Part shown: one piece after another, positions 11,840-24,597 of the stretch
Layout: the number at the start of each line of letters is the position of its first letter
How positions within the stretch are numbered: position 1 is the stretch's first letter
NCBI RefSeq assembly: GCF_964213995.1
Contig: NW_027590121.1
Location: 186,001-250,000 of the forward strand
Source: Mustelus asterias
Taxonomy: Eukaryota
DNA: 64,000 nucleotides
Direction: 5' to 3'
Made by a program: the position numbers and the translations under genes
Notes under the pieces: model-generated
The model's input: only the letters and a program-made list of their open reading frames with translations
What the model was told of the DNA's origin: nothing
Database searches by the model: none

Positions 11840-13100
11840 ATGGAGAAACCATGGAAATGTGCGGACTGTGGGAAGAGATACAGAGCCCCATCTCAGCTGG
11901 AAGCTCATCGGCGCAGTCACACTGGGGAGAGGCCATTCATCTGCTCTCAGTGTGGGGAGGGATTCGCTCTGTTATCCACGTTGCAGAAACACCAGCGAGT
12001 TCACACTGGAGAGAGACCGTTCACCTGCTCTCAGTGTGGTAACAAGTTCACTCGGTTATCCAATCTGCAGACACACCAGCGAGTTCACACTGGGGAGAGG
12101 CCATTCACCTGCTCTCAGTGTGGGAAGGGATTCAGTCAGTTTTCCAGCCTGCGGACACACCAGCGAGTTCACACCGGGGAGAGACCATTCACCTGCTCTC
12201 AGTGTGGGGAAGGATTCGCTCTGTTATCCACGTTGCAGAAACACCAGCGAGTTCACACTGGAGAAAGACCGTTCACCTGCTCTCAGTGTGGGAACAAGTT
12301 CACTCGGTTATCCAATCTGCAGTCACACCAGCGAGTTCACACTGGGGAGAGGCCATTTACCTGCTCTCAGTGTGGGAAGGGATTCAGTCAGTTTTCCAGC
12401 CTGCGGACACACCAGTGAGTTCACACCGGGGAGAGACCATTCACCTGCTGTCAGTGTGGGGAGGGATTCAGAGCTTCATCCAGCCTGCTGATACACCAGC
12501 GAGTTCACACTGGGGAGAGGCCCTTCACCTGCTCTCAGTGTGGGGAGGGATTCAGAGCTTCATCCAGCCTGCGGACACACCAGCAAGTTCACACTGGGGA
12601 GAGACCGTTCACCTGCTCTCAGTGTGGGAAGGGATTCACTCGGTCATCCAGCCTGCGGACACACCAGCGAATTCACACTGGGGAGAGGCCGTTCACCTGC
12701 TCTCAGTGTGGGAAGGAATTCATAACTTCATCCAACCTGCGGACACACCAACGAGTTCACACTGGGGAGAGGCCGTTCACCTGCTCTCAGTGTGGGAAGG
12801 AATTCATAACTTCATCCCACCTGTGGAGGCACCAGCGAGTTCACACTGGGGAGAGACCATTCACCTGCTCTGTGTGGGAAGCGGTTCAGTGATTCATCCA
12901 TCCAGCAGAAACACCAACAAGTTCACACTGGGGAGAAACCGTTCATCTGCTCTGTGTGTGGGAAGGGATTCTCTCGGTTATTCTGCCTGCAGACACACCA
13001 GGGAGTTCACACTGGGGAGAGACCGTTCAGCTGCTCTGTGTGTGAGAAGAGATTCAGTCTTTCATCTCAGCTGTTGGTACACCAGCGAGTTCACGAGTGG
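11840..13100 (+). pseudogene. ZNF-A: C2H2 array of about 15 fingers with TGA at 12416-12418 and a frameshift near 12870 (pseudogene or truncated 6-finger protein)
   Basis: MEKPWKC start, [13 protein letters not shown] linkers, fingers continue in frame past the stop; acceptor TTTTACAG at 11491. Confidence 0.85.
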
Positions 13101-13447
13101 TTCCAGTGTTCGATTTTGCTGTTCTTGTTTCTGCTTTCAATTATATCGGTCAATGGGGAGAGTTGGAGGGTTTCTTTCTGCTGGACTGGCCGGTCTCACA
13201 ACTTTGCCTCCATTGGGCTGATGCTCTTTGAGTTTTGTTGCGAATACCTGGTTTCAGATTTCACAAGGATCACAGAGTGACGGTGTTAGGAAGTTCAGAG
13301 ATATTTAGTCAGCATTTCTGTTTGAAACCCCCCAAATGCCCATCCAATTTCCTTTGTAATTGTTTATTGTCTCCACTTCCTCCTCCCTCGTAGGCAGCGA
13401 GTTCCAGGTCATTACCATTCGCTGCATCAAAATATTCTTCCTCACAT

Positions 13448-13765
13448 GGGCAGCACGGTAGCACAGTGGTTAGCACTGCTGCTTCACAGCTCCAGGGACC
13501 TGGGTTCGATTCCCGGCTTGGGTCACTGTCTGTGTGGAGTTTGCACATTCTCCTCGTGTCTGTGTGGGTTTCCTCCGGATGCTCTGGTTTCCTCCCACAG
13601 TCCAAAGATGTGTGGGTTAGGCTGATTGGGCATGCTAAAAATTGCCCCTTAGAGTCCTGAGATGCGGAGGTTAGAGGGATTAGCGGGTAAATGTGTAGGG
13701 GTAGGGCCTGGGTGGGATTGTGGTCGGTGCAGACTCGATGGGCCAAATGGCCTCTGATCCTATGA
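13448..13765 (+). mobile_element. HE1-like V-SINE
   Basis: tRNA head (TAGCACAGTGG, GGTTCGATTCC), core and CR1-type tail. Confidence 0.9.
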
Positions 13766-13769
13766 TCCC

Positions 13770-13922
13770 ACCCAAAACTTTAAATTTGCTTGTCATCCTT
13801 GTCCCATCAGCTAATAGGAACAGCTTTTCTTTGTCCACCTTATCTAAACCTGTCAGAATCTTGTCCACCTCTATCAAATCTCCCCTCAACCTCCTTTGCT
13901 CCAAGGGGAACAACCCCAGCCT
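13770..13922 (-). mobile_element. CR1 fragment
   Basis: LGLFPLEQRRLRGDLIEV. Confidence 0.75.
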
Positions 13923-14267
13923 GACATTGACAATAAAGATCAATCCAACAGAATATGTTACCTTCTGAAATCAAATGGAATGTTCAATTTCTGTTTTAAA
14001 GGTACTGTGAATATATTGTCCTGGATAATAACGGAATTGGAATAACTAACCTTGGGTGTGGTTGAATGGAATATATCAATCTGGAACCCACTTACAGACT
14101 AGTGAAAGTCTGGAATGTGTCGCTGGAAATCCCTCCGGAACAGCACTTTGGGTCACCTATACCTCAGGCATTGCAGTAGTTCAAGAAGGCAGTGTTGGGG
14201 TTGACATATTCTGTTATAATTGATGGACTGTAGTTTGAATGTGAGGCATTATAGGACTGGACTATGG

Positions 14268-15515
14268 AGTCATAGAGGTTTACAGCATGGAAATAGGCCC
14301 ATCAGCCCAACTTGTCCATGCTGCCCTTTTTTTAAAACCCCTTAGCTAATCCCAATTGCCCGCATTTGGCCCATATCCCTCTATACCCATCTTATCCATG
14401 TAACTATCTAAAAGCTTTTTAAAAGACAAAATTGTACCCGCCTCTCCTACTACCTCTGGCACTTGGTCCAGACACTCACCACCCTCTGTGTGAAAAAATT
14501 GCCCCTTTCGACACTTTTGTATCTCTCCCCTCTCACCTTAAACCTATGCCTTCTAGTTTTAGACTCCCCTACTTTTGGGAAAAGATATTGACTATCTACC
14601 TGATCTATGCCCCTCATTATTTTATAGCCCTCTATAAGGTCACCCCTCAGCCTCCTGCGCTCCAGAGAAAAAAGTCCCAGTCTATCCAGCCTCTCCTTAT
14701 AACTCAAACCATCCAGTCCCAGTAGCATCCTAGTAAATCTTTTCTGCACTATTTCTAGTTTAATAATACCCTTTCTATAATAGGATGACCAGAACTGCAC
14801 GCAGTATTCCACGTGTGGCCTTACCAATGTCTTGTACAACTTCAACAAGACATCCCAACTCCTGTATTCAATGTTCTGACCGATGAAACCAAGCATGCCG
14901 AATGCCTTCTTCACCATTCTGTCCACCTGTGACTCCACTTTCAAGGAGCTATGAACCTGTACCCCTAGATCTCTGTTCTGTAACTCTCCCCAACACCCTA
15001 CCATTAACTGAGTAAGTCCTGCCCTGGTTCGATCGCCCAAAATGTATCACCTCGCATTTATCTGAATTAAACTCCATCTGCCATTCGTCAGCCCACTGGC
15101 ACAATTGATCAAGATCCCGTTGCAATCAGAGATAACTTTCTTCACTGTCCACTATGCCACCAATCTTGGTGTCATCTGCAAACTTACTAACCGTGCCTCC
15201 TATATTCTCATCCAAATCATTAATATAAATGACAAATAACAGTGGACCCAGCACTGATCCCCGAGGCACACTGCTGGTCACAGGCCTCCAGTTTGAAAAA
15301 CAACCCTCTACAACCACCCTCTGGCTTCTGTCAAGAAGCCAATTTTGTATCCATTTAGATACCTCACCCTGGATCCCGTGAGATTTTAACCTTATGCAAC
15401 AACCTACCATGCGGTACTTTGTCAGAGATCTTGCTAAAGTTCATGTTGACAACATCAACTGCACTGCCCTCATCTATCTTCTTAGTTACCCCTTCAAAAA
15501 ACTCAATCAAATTTG
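14268..15515 (-). mobile_element. 5'-truncated CR1 LINE
   Basis: Minus ORFs 15126-15410 (GSVLGP, FADD) and 14450-15040. Confidence 0.9.
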
Positions 15516-15649
15516 ACCACAGCTCAGTTTCTGCAATCATGGACCATTAAAGCTGCTTAGCAGTGCCCTGACAGAGGACCTGGTGAGAATATTTCCTCAT
15601 TGAGTTAGAATTAAACTTATTCCAGGACTGGCTGGTGTTCAGTGGCTGA

Positions 15650-16140
15650 GATACCCAAATCTGTGAAAAGGGGGTCCGACCAATCAACAAACAGTGGTAG
15701 GTAGTTGATTAAGAAGTTAAGAAGCGTTCTCAGGCATTGTTTAAATTATTTTATCATAAATTTGTGATGAGAACTGTGAGGGGCTATGACCCAATAGTCA
15801 CTGAAGTGACGGTATACTCCAAGTAGCACTGGACTGAAAAGCGAGAGTAGATTCTAATGAATGGTTATAATCCTACCCTAGCATGGCCAGTGAAAAATCA
15901 GAGCTCGAGTGATCAAGAATAATAATGTGATAAGGTGCGAAGGAATAAGATCTCACCGTGTAAAAATCAAGTTGGGATGACATTTGTATCACATAGGAGT
16001 CAATGAATGGAATACATTGGGTATTGCACATTCCCTAGCCTGGCCCGATTGAACACATGAATGGGCTATTGAAACAACAAATCAAGCTTGACCACACACT
16101 CAAAGAGTGGCAAAGGCCTTACATAATTTGAATAATAGGC
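15650..16140 (+). mobile_element. Possible heavily decayed retroviral pol (integrase) remnant
   Basis: 16018-16090 reads WVLHIP*PGPIEHMNGLLKQQIK, resembling the integrase W..HIPY.P...G.IER.NG.LK motif. Confidence 0.4.
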
Positions 16141-16152
16141 CACAAAAAGGAG

Positions 16153-16471
16153 GGGTGGCACGGCAGCACAGTGGTTAGCACTGCAGCCTCACAGCACCAG
16201 GGACCTGGATTTGACTCCTGGCTTGTGTCACCGTCTGTGTGGAGTTTGCACATTCTCCCCGTGTCTGCGTGGGTTTCATCCAAGTGCACCGGTTTCCTTC
16301 CACACTCCAAAGATGTGGGTTAGGTTGATTGGCCATGATAAATTGCCCTTTAGTGTCAGGGTGTTATAGGGTAAATAAGTATGGTTATGGGGGTAGGGCC
16401 TGGGTGGGATTGTGGTCGGTGCAGATTGGATGGGCCGAATGGCCTCCTTCTGCACTGTAGGGATTCTATGA
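16153..16471 (+). mobile_element. HE1-like V-SINE
   Basis: Head, core and CR1-type tail. Confidence 0.9.
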
Positions 16472-16929
16472 ACCCTCTTGAGTAAGATGATAAAACAACC
16501 TGTCCCTTCAATTCTTCCTCCAGACAGGGAATATGACACACCTGTATGTAAGGGTGGCAAGGTGTGGGTACATATCTCAAACCAAACCCCACAGAAAAGG
16601 GGAAATAATTTCTGCTGGACATGCTTGGCTTGTATCTCCTAAGCTGCGTTCACTCCCGATGCATGGGGGATGGAAGGCATCCAGTAAAATATGCACTCAA
16701 AACAAATGTACTTGTGCAGAAGGACAGAAATATTATTTGTATAACATCACTGTCCAGGCATCCGTGCTCAATGTGGCGGATTGTAGCCAATGGCCTTTTG
16801 TGGTGGTATGTCCTCTCCATAACTCCTCATACATGAAGCTTGTACCTTACAGCTGAGTCATGGCCAATGTCAATAGGAATTATCGCCAGTTAATGATACT
16901 ATTATGCATGAATTTGGACAAGTTTGGTG

Positions 16930-17176
16930 GGGAGGCGATGGCCTCGTGATATTATCGCTAGATTACTAATTCAGAACTCAGCTAATGTTCTGGGGACCCA
17001 GGTTCAAATCCCACCACAGCAGATGGTGAAATTTAATGAAAAAGATCTGGAAATAAGAATCTACTGATGACCATGAAACCATGGTCGATTGTCAGAAAAA
17101 AACCCATCTGATTCACAATGTCCTTTCAGGAAGGAAATCTGCCATCCTTAACTGGTCTGGCCCACATGTGACTCCA
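16930..17176 (+). mobile_element. Second tRNA-headed SINE family (other fragments near 2.3-2.5, 9.1-9.2, 25.8-25.95, 27.35-27.78, 48.3-48.4 and 55.2-55.5 kb)
   Basis: GGTTCAAATCCC B-box and recurrent ATGTCCTTT.AGG.AAGGAAATCTGCC body. Confidence 0.65.
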
Positions 17177-18167
17177 CGAATAATTTTTTAAAAACTATGT
17201 CTGCATTACCAGCACTCTCAATGTACATCTGAATGCCAGATAGCTTGAACCCCCTGTAAACCAATGTTGGAAAGATGCATGGGACATATTTGATGTACAT
17301 ACTAATAGAACATATTATTTGATATAGACACACCCACGGTATTGTGCATCTGCCTTCAATTGAACTTGATAAATTATGCAGGTTTATTGAACAAAATACT
17401 CAAGTTTCTGCACACCTAAGTCAAGACAGGCAACATCTTCTTAGGCAGAGTGTGGAAATGACCTGTGCTTAAGGCAAACTTCACCAAACATCGGATGAAC
17501 TTAATTGCCTCAGTTTTCACCTTTGGTGGGGTGTTTTTAATGGATGGTCATCCAAAGCATCCGCTGTTTTTACTTTAATGTTACATCCTGTTGTCATACT
17601 GCGTCTTTGTACCCTTTTGTTCATTTTAATTGTCTTGTGGTGCAGAGTGCGTGCATTGTTCACACAGGTCATTGCTGTGAAGGAACTTATACAGGTACAG
17701 ATGGGATTGCTGCGTTGACTGCTGAATCTCAGGATGTAATGTATAGAAAGTAAAGAGTTAAGATATTCACCAGTCAACTCAGCATTTATTCATGCTGTGA
17801 GAACCTAAAGAAGCAGCTGTGCTACAGAAACAAGCTGACCTTCCAGTGCTGTGTTTGTATATTGTTTCCCAAGCCTGGGAATTGACCAAATCTCCTGTCA
17901 GGTTGTTTGTGCCGCACTGTAAAACACGGGGGGCGGGGCTTCGACCCGGGTACGTTGGTAGTCACCTTGGACCGGGATCACGAATGTTGCCAGGACCTCT
18001 CGAGCTCCAGACCAGCTGTCGTCAGAAGGGTCCCTGACAGGCAGAAGGCAGTGAGACTCATTGTTTTAATTTCTCTCGTATTATTTACTCTTTTTTGAAT
18101 AAACCATTATAATAGTTGAGAGATCATAATTCTGGTCTGTCTCTTATTTAACATTCACGTGGATCAT

Positions 18168-18443
18168 TGGTGGCACGGTGGCACAGCAGTTAGCTGCCTC
18201 ACAGTGCCAGGGACCTGAGTTTGATTCCCAGCTTGGGTCACTGTCTGTGTTCTCCCCGTGTCTGTGTGGGTTTCCTCCAGGTGCTCCAGTTACCTACCAC
18301 AGTCTGAAAGACGTGCTGGTTCGGTGCATTGGCAATGCCAAATTCTCCCTCAGTGTCACCGAACAGGTGCAGGAGTGTGGCGACTAGGGGATTTTCACAG
18401 TGACTTCATTGCAGTGTTAATGTAAACCTACTTGTGACACTAA
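18168..18443 (+). mobile_element. V-SINE variant with an alternative 3' tail
   Basis: Same head and core, but tail TTCATTGCAGTGTTAATGTAA.CCTACTTGTGAC; an inverted SINE fragment follows at 18444-18560. Confidence 0.8.
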
Positions 18444-19099
18444 CCGGAGGAAGCCCATGCAGACATGGGGAGAACATGCAAACTCCATCCAGACAATCAC
18501 CCAAGGCTGGAATTGAACTCGGCTCCCTGGAGCTGTGAGACAGCAGTGCGAACCACCATGTCAGCCCATGTTTGCGACCAGGTGTCCCTGGAAAGGAAGC
18601 ATGTGGTGCCGACCAACACAAGGTCTTCAGTGGGCACTGTGGGGGCTGGAGAGCTTCATTCCTCCCCAGAACCACATCATAGTTTTACATTTGTAACTTT
18701 TCATTCAGGGTTTAGTTTGTGGCTGTCCCTTTAAAGGATTCTCCGCCCCCCCCCCCCCCCCCCCCGCCTTCCCATTCATTTAATTTGATAATTTGATCCA
18801 AATTTCGATGTTAAAGAGTACAGAAGGGGAATTCATTATTGACCCCAAATCACAGAGAATATGGAACTTGGTCCATGGTGAGTGGTTGAGGTGAACAGCA
18901 TGAATACATTGAAATGAAAGTTAGATCCACACATGAGGGACACAGTAACAGAAGGATATGCTGATAGGGAGGAGATGCAGTGGGGTAGGTGGAGGCTGAT
19001 GTGGAGCAAATTACTGACAGACCGATTGAGCCGGCTGGCCCGGCCCTGTGCTGGAGAGTCAATGGAACAGAGACTCATGTATTTATCTGAGATCTGACT

Positions 19100-20040
19100 G
19101 CAGGATCGATCAAACAAACTCAGACCAGTCTTAAGGATCATGGTGTTGTGATCTCAGTGAAAACAGTGTGGAGCAGACACAGCATCTCGGTTACAATGAA
19201 TATTCACCTTCTGAAAGCCCTTGTGTTGCCGTGACAATGTGTGTCTGTGAAAGCTGGACTATCGAGAAGAGTGACGAGGCTCCAATAAAAGTGTTTGAAA
19301 TGGAAGGAGTCGGACGGATATTCCGTGTGTCACGGACGGCAAAGTGGATGAATGAGTGGGTGCTGGAGAAAGCTGGTGTTCACCGGAACCTGTTTGAGGC
19401 TCTCACATCCCGGAAGCTCACCTACTTTGGACATAAGAACATAAGAAATAGGAGCAGGAGTCGGCCATCTAGCCCCTCGAGCCTGCCCCGCCATTCAATA
19501 AGATCATGGCTGATCTGAAGTGTATCAGTTCCACTTACCCGCCTGCTCCCCATAACCCTTAATTCTCTTACCGATCAGGAATCCATCTACCTGTGACTTA
19601 AACATATTTAACGAGGTAGCCTCCACTGCTTCAGTGGGCAGAGAATTCCAGAGATTCACTACCCTCTGAGAGAAGAAGATCCTCCTCAACTCTGTACTAA
19701 ACTGACTCCCCTTTATTTTGAGGCTGTGTCCTCTAGTTCAAGCTTCCTTTCTAAGTGGAAAGAGTCTCTCTGCCTCTACCCTGTCGAGCCCCTTCATTAT
19801 CTTATATGTCTCTATAAGATGTGTTGTGAATAGGGAGGGTGTGTTTGGAAAAAGAGGTAATGTGAGACAGAACACCTGGAAAATGTGTGCAAGGAAGGCC
19901 CGAGATGGGTGGATAATATCAGAATGTGGACCGGCCTCTCGATGGGACAGGCAGTGAGAGCAGCTGAGAAATCAGTGGAGAAAAACTGTTTAGAGTGCGG
20001 CCAACCCTCAGAACGAGGACGGATAAACGACAAGACACCT
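19100..20040 (+). mobile_element. RTE/BovB-clade LINE 3' fragment interrupted by a CR1
   Basis: CESWTIEKSDEAPIKVFEM...RIFRVSRTAKWMNEWVL...RKLTYFGH, resuming after 19820 with PRWVDNIRMWTGLSM. Confidence 0.75.
19431..19820 (-). mobile_element. CR1 3' fragment nested in the RTE element
   Basis: (ACATAAGA)n tail and CR1 3' UTR. Confidence 0.85.
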
Positions 20041-20094
20041 GTAGTGGTAGGAAAAAGACTTTATTATTCAGGATAAAATTAATGTACTCTATAG

Positions 20095-20328
20095 AAACTA
20101 AGAGCAGGCCATTCGAGTCTGCTCCACCATTCAATATGATCATGGCTGATCCTCGATCTCAATGCCATATTCTCCCCACACCGCTTGAAGCCATTAAAAT
20201 CTAAAACAAAATCTATCTCTTCCTTGAACATATTCAGTGATTGGGATTCCACAGCCTTCGGTGGTGGAGAATTCCACAAGTTCACTACCCTTTGAGTTAA
20301 GAATTTTTTCCTCATCTCGGTCTCATCT
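20095..20328 (-). mobile_element. CR1 3' fragment
   Basis: FLTQRVVNLWNSPP. Confidence 0.75.
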
Positions 20329-20545
20329 GACATCTGCTTTTGTGGATCATTTCAGTGGAAATGTGCCCTCGCTCAAAGAGAATCAGCCACTGGAATGAAA
20401 ATTTGAGAGACCGGCCAGTCCAACAGCAAGAAACCCTCTGACCCCCCCCCCCCCCCCCCCCCACTTCACCAACTGTCAGAATGAACATGCTTCAGTCCTG
20501 GATGTGATTAACAGCAGCAATAACAGCAGAATCCAACCCCAGTCA

Positions 20546-21478
20546 TCACTTGTGAACTCGCTGGTGTCTCTGCAGGTGGGATGACTGAGTGAATCCCTTC
20601 CCACACACAGAGCAGGTGAATGGTCTCTCCCCAGTGTGAACTCGCTGGTGTGTCAGCAGGTTCGATGACCGATTGAATCCCTTCCCACACACAGAGCAGA
20701 TAAATGGCTTCTCCCCAGTGTGAACCCGCTGGTGTGTCAGCAGGGTAGATAACTCACAGAATCCCATCTCACACTCTGAGCAGGTGAAAGGCCTCTCCCT
20801 GTCCCTGCTGTGAATTTGCTGATGTCTCAGCAGGTTGGCTAACTGAGTGAATCCCTTCCCACAGTTGGAGCAGGTGAACGGCCTCTCCCCAGTGTGAACT
20901 CGCTGGTGTGTCAGCAGGGTGGAGGAATCTCCGAATCCTTTCCCACACACGGAGCAGATGAACGGCCTCTCTCCAGTGTGAACTCGCTGACGTGTCAGCA
21001 GGTCAGATGAATCTCTGAATCCTTTCCCACACTCTGAGCAGGTGAATGGTCTCTCCCCAGTGTGAACTCGATGGTGCCTCTGCAGACTGGATGACCGAGT
21101 GAATCTCTTCCCACAGTCAGAGCAGATGAATTGCCTCTCCTTGGTGTGAACTTGTTGGTGTACCAGTAGGGTGGATGAATCTCTGCATCTTTTCCCACAC
21201 ACTGAGCAGCTGAATGGTCTCATCCCTGTGTGAACTCGATGGTGTCTCACTAGGTTGGATGAAATACTGAATTTCTTCCCACACACACAGCAGGTGAATG
21301 GCCTCTCCCTGCTGTGAACTCGCTGGTGTGTAAGCAGGTCGGATGCATTAGTAAATCTCTTCCCACACTGAGAGCAGGTGAATGGTCTTTCCCCGGTGTG
21401 ACTGCGTCGATGAATTTCCAACTCAGATGGGGACTTGAATCCCTTTCCACAATCCTCACATTTCCACGGTTTCCCCAT
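20546..21478 (-). CDS. ZNF-B: C2H2 protein, 310 aa, 11 fingers (one His to Arg)
   Basis: Intact ORF MGKPWKC...VHK*; acceptor near 21621; family 3' UTR at 20345-20545. Confidence 0.85.
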   Translation of the reverse strand: MGKPWKCEDCGKGFKSPSELEIHRRSHTGERPFTCSQCGKRFTNASDLLTHQRVHSRERPFTCCVCGKKFSISSNLVRHHRVHTGMRPFSCSVCGKRCRDSSTLLVHQQVHTKERQFICSDCGKRFTRSSSLQRHHRVHTGERPFTCSECGKGFRDSSDLLTRQRVHTGERPFICSVCGKGFGDSSTLLTHQRVHTGERPFTCSNCGKGFTQLANLLRHQQIHSRDRERPFTCSECEMGFCELSTLLTHQRVHTGEKPFICSVCGKGFNRSSNLLTHQRVHTGERPFTCSVCGKGFTQSSHLQRHQRVHK

Positions 21479-22299
21479 GGTGTTGGTGTCTGTGTCTCGG
21501 TGCTTTTCCAGTCACAGGAATGGTAAAATGGGCGATGGTTTGCCTCATCCTATTAAATCGAGTGACTCTGGTGTGAAGTTTGGTTTGAGATTTCTTAAAG
21601 GATATTCCCTTTTAATATCCTGTAAAAGAAGTTTGCAAATGTCATCACTGTCAGTTCAGCTCAGAAATTCAGAACAGACAACCAGTCACTGATGGGATAC
21701 ATTCTGCCACATGGATAATTATGGATTGTAACATTGTCATTAAAACATGTGATACCAAAGCCACAGCAATGTGGTTGAATCTTAAGTGCCCACCAAGGGC
21801 AACTAGAGATGGGCAACCAATGCTGGCAACCAGCGACGCCCGTGTCCCACAAATGAATACAAAAGTGATTGAGTGTAAATAATTTACATTTAAAAATGTC
21901 TTCTGTCAACGGTGTAAATGCTCATTTATAAATTTATATATGTATATATTTACATATTTATAAATGCTCATTTTGTCATTGATTTCCTGAAGCTCCTGTT
22001 TTGAGTTTCAGACAGTTCTATGCCAAGTGTTTGAGGTGATTAAAAGTCTTTCATCTTACTCTTTGCATATCGATATTCACTAAAGCTACACAGATTGATT
22101 TTCTTCTCATTATAAATATATTTTCAATACCTAAAAGGACAGTCTTTCAGCAATCCCCATTTTCCTTCTTTCTGGTTGATAATTAAGGGTCTGTACACTT
22201 GGCTTTATTTATGACTTTGTTCCTAATTTTATCGGTTTCCCCACCCGCCACAATCTCCACAACACAGCAAAAATAATCACTATTCACTCATTGGGATTG

Positions 22300-22420
22300 T
22301 CAATGGCGGGCTTTATACCCAGCATTCCCCGCGATGCTGAAAGTCCCCTTTCTCCACTGCAGGAGTGTAGTGCGCAGGCCCAATGCTCATCCAGTTGGAG
22401 CATGCGCAGTATGAGTGATG
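22300..22420. promoter_or_regulatory. Probable ZNF-B promoter (ZNF143/Staf-like site and NRF1-like sites)
   Basis: TACCCAGCATTCCCCGCG 22316-22333; GTGCGCAGG; GCATGCGCA. Confidence 0.5.
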
Positions 22421-22968
22421 TCTCCTGAGACAAAGACGTTTCTTTGGTTAACAGGCAGTCGGTAAGGATGCGTGTGTCGATGTCTCAGCAGATTATCACT
22501 GTTTTTAAAGCTCTCCTCACAGTCAGGACATTTAAAAGTTCTTGCATCAGAGTGAGTACGCTGGTGTCTCAACAGGTTGGATGAATTAATGAACCCCTTC
22601 CCACACATGGAGCAGGTGAATGGCCTCTCCCCAGTGTGAGTGCGCTGGTGTACAGTGAATTCAGATGATTTCCTGAACCCAGTCCCGCAGTGTGAGCACC
22701 TGAATGGCCTCTGGTCAGTGTGAACACATTGATGGGACATCAGGTCCCCAGAACTTTTATAGCCCTTCCCGCAGTCTGGACATTTGAAAGGTCTCAGGTC
22801 AGTGTGAACTCGCTGGTGTTGCAGCAGGTTGGATGACTCTCTGAAGCCCTTCCCACACATGGAGCAGGTGAATGGCCTCTCCCCAGTGTGAGTGCGCTGA
22901 TGGATTTCCAGCTGGGACGGCCATTTGAATCCCTTCCCACAATCCTCACATTTCCACGGTTTCTCCAT
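22387..22968 (-). CDS. ZNF-C: C2H2 protein, 6 fingers, apparently 3'-truncated
   Basis: MEKPWKC at 22968; six fingers then non-finger sequence; acceptor near 23315. Confidence 0.7.
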   Translation of the reverse strand: MEKPWKCEDCGKGFKWPSQLEIHQRTHTGERPFTCSMCGKGFRESSNLLQHQRVHTDLRPFKCPDCGKGYKSSGDLMSHQCVHTDQRPFRCSHCGTGFRKSSEFTVHQRTHTGERPFTCSMCGKGFINSSNLLRHQRTHSDARTFKCPDCEESFKNSDNLLRHRHTHPYRLPVNQRNVFVSGDITHTAHAPTG

Positions 22969-23599
22969 GGTGCCGATGTGTCTCTCCAGGTTGATGATCA
23001 GTTGAAAGCTCATCACACACACACGTGTACAGTTTCTCCCCAATGTGAATGGTGTGATGTTTTTTCAGGGTGTGTAACTGGTTAAAGCTCTTTCCAGTCA
23101 GTTCACTGGAACACCTTCACTCGGGTGTGTTTGTGTGTGTGTCTCGGTGCTTTTCCAATCACACTGATGTCTGAAATCTTTTCCCACAGACAGAACAAAC
23201 AAACATTTCTCCTTCCACATTGATATTCAGGTCCTGATGAATCGAGTGACTGTCAGATCTCAATGTGATGTTTGATTTAAGTTTCCCACCTGTCAATCCT
23301 CCCATCCTAATCCCCTGTAAAAGGAGTTTACAGAAGTTATCAGTGTAAATACAGGATAGAAATTCAAAACAGACAATTCTAGTTCGGATGGAACATCCTT
23401 TCCTTTCTTATTCCCTCCAATCATATGGTCCAAACGAACTGAAAGACAAAAATCAACAACCAAGCATCAACAAAACCAAAGGGAACCTTCCTCACTGAAC
23501 CAGAAAGTTCGGACCAGTGTCTCTGAACCTTTTATGTGGCCTCGGGCACTAGGACCCAGTAAAAACAGAAATCCTGAATCCCGTCCACTCTCTGTTGTG

Positions 23600-23915
23600 T
23601 CACAATGGGCGTCACCAAGACGCCAGCGCATGCGCTCTGCCCTCCGCTGAACTCAGATGGCGGCTGGTAACCGGGGTCTTCGCCCCGGGAGGACAAACCG
23701 GAGCTGCAAACGCGGAACCTGCAGGTCCGTATTCGCGGTTTGAGGCTTTCAGCAGGTATTTAGAAACCCTCCCCGTTCACCCGCCGACTCCATCGGCCCT
23801 GCGCGTTTCCACATCTTTACCGGCTGCGGATCAGACAAAAGGATCCTCCCTTCGCCATCACTAACATCGCGCATGCTCCATACCATGTTCGGTACGGCGC
23901 CTGCGCACTGTTCCC
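23600..23915 (-). promoter_or_regulatory. CpG promoter/first-exon cassette of ZNF-C
   Basis: GCGCATGCGC and GCGCCTGCGCA (NRF1-like), AGATGGCGGC (YY1-like); homologous to 43930-44140 and 56690-57090. Confidence 0.65.
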
Positions 23916-23932
23916 CTATGGTGTGGATAGTG

Positions 23933-24505
23933 GATAAAGAATAAAGAACAGTACAGCACAGGAACAGGCCCTTCGGCCCACAAGCCTGTGCCCATCACGT
24001 TGTCCTATCTAGACCAACCGCCTGTATCTCTCTACCCCGTCTGTTCATGTGTCAATCCAGATAAGTTTTAAATGTTGCTAATGTATCTGCCCCGAACCAC
24101 CTTCCTTGGCAGTGCATTCCAGGCCCCCACCACCCTCTGTGTAAAAAACTTCCCCCTCATGTCTCCACTGAACCTTTCCCCCCCCTTACTTTGAATTGTG
24201 CTCTCTTTATGATTGTCATTTTTGCCCAGGGAAAAAGCTTCCAACTGTTACCTTATCTATGCACCTCATAATTTTATAAACTTCTATCAGGTCACCCCAT
24301 GGCCTCCGTCTTTCCAGTTATTCAGCCTTTCCTCATAGCTAATGCCCTCCATGCCGTGCAACATCCAGGTAAACATTTTCTGTACTCCCTCCAAAGCCAC
24401 CACGTCCTTCTGATAGAGTGCAGACCACAATTGGACACAGTATTCCAAACGTGACCTAACCAATATTTTATATAACTGTAACATAATTTGCCAACTTTTA
24501 AACTC
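23933..24505 (-). mobile_element. CR1 3' fragment
   Basis: LVRSRLEYCVQLWS; (ATAAAGA)n tail on the + strand. Confidence 0.85.
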
Positions 24506-24597
24506 AACATTCACCACCATGGGGAATGTTGGTTAAAATCACCTCCTTTGAAAGTCCCAAATAGTTAAGTCACTGTTTTTGCTTTGATGTGAACATT

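Noticed and set aside
11775-13221. Long alternative-frame ORFs (238 aa, 367 aa) over ZNF-A and similar ones over other arrays
   Set aside because: Shadow frames of repetitive C2H2 codons; no independent protein features
13448-13520. SINE heads as tRNA genes
   Set aside because: They continue into SINE core and tail; no full cloverleaf
18746-20462. Two poly-C runs of about 20 nt (18746 and 20442)
   Set aside because: Simple homopolymer expansions; length unreliable and not shared by paralogs
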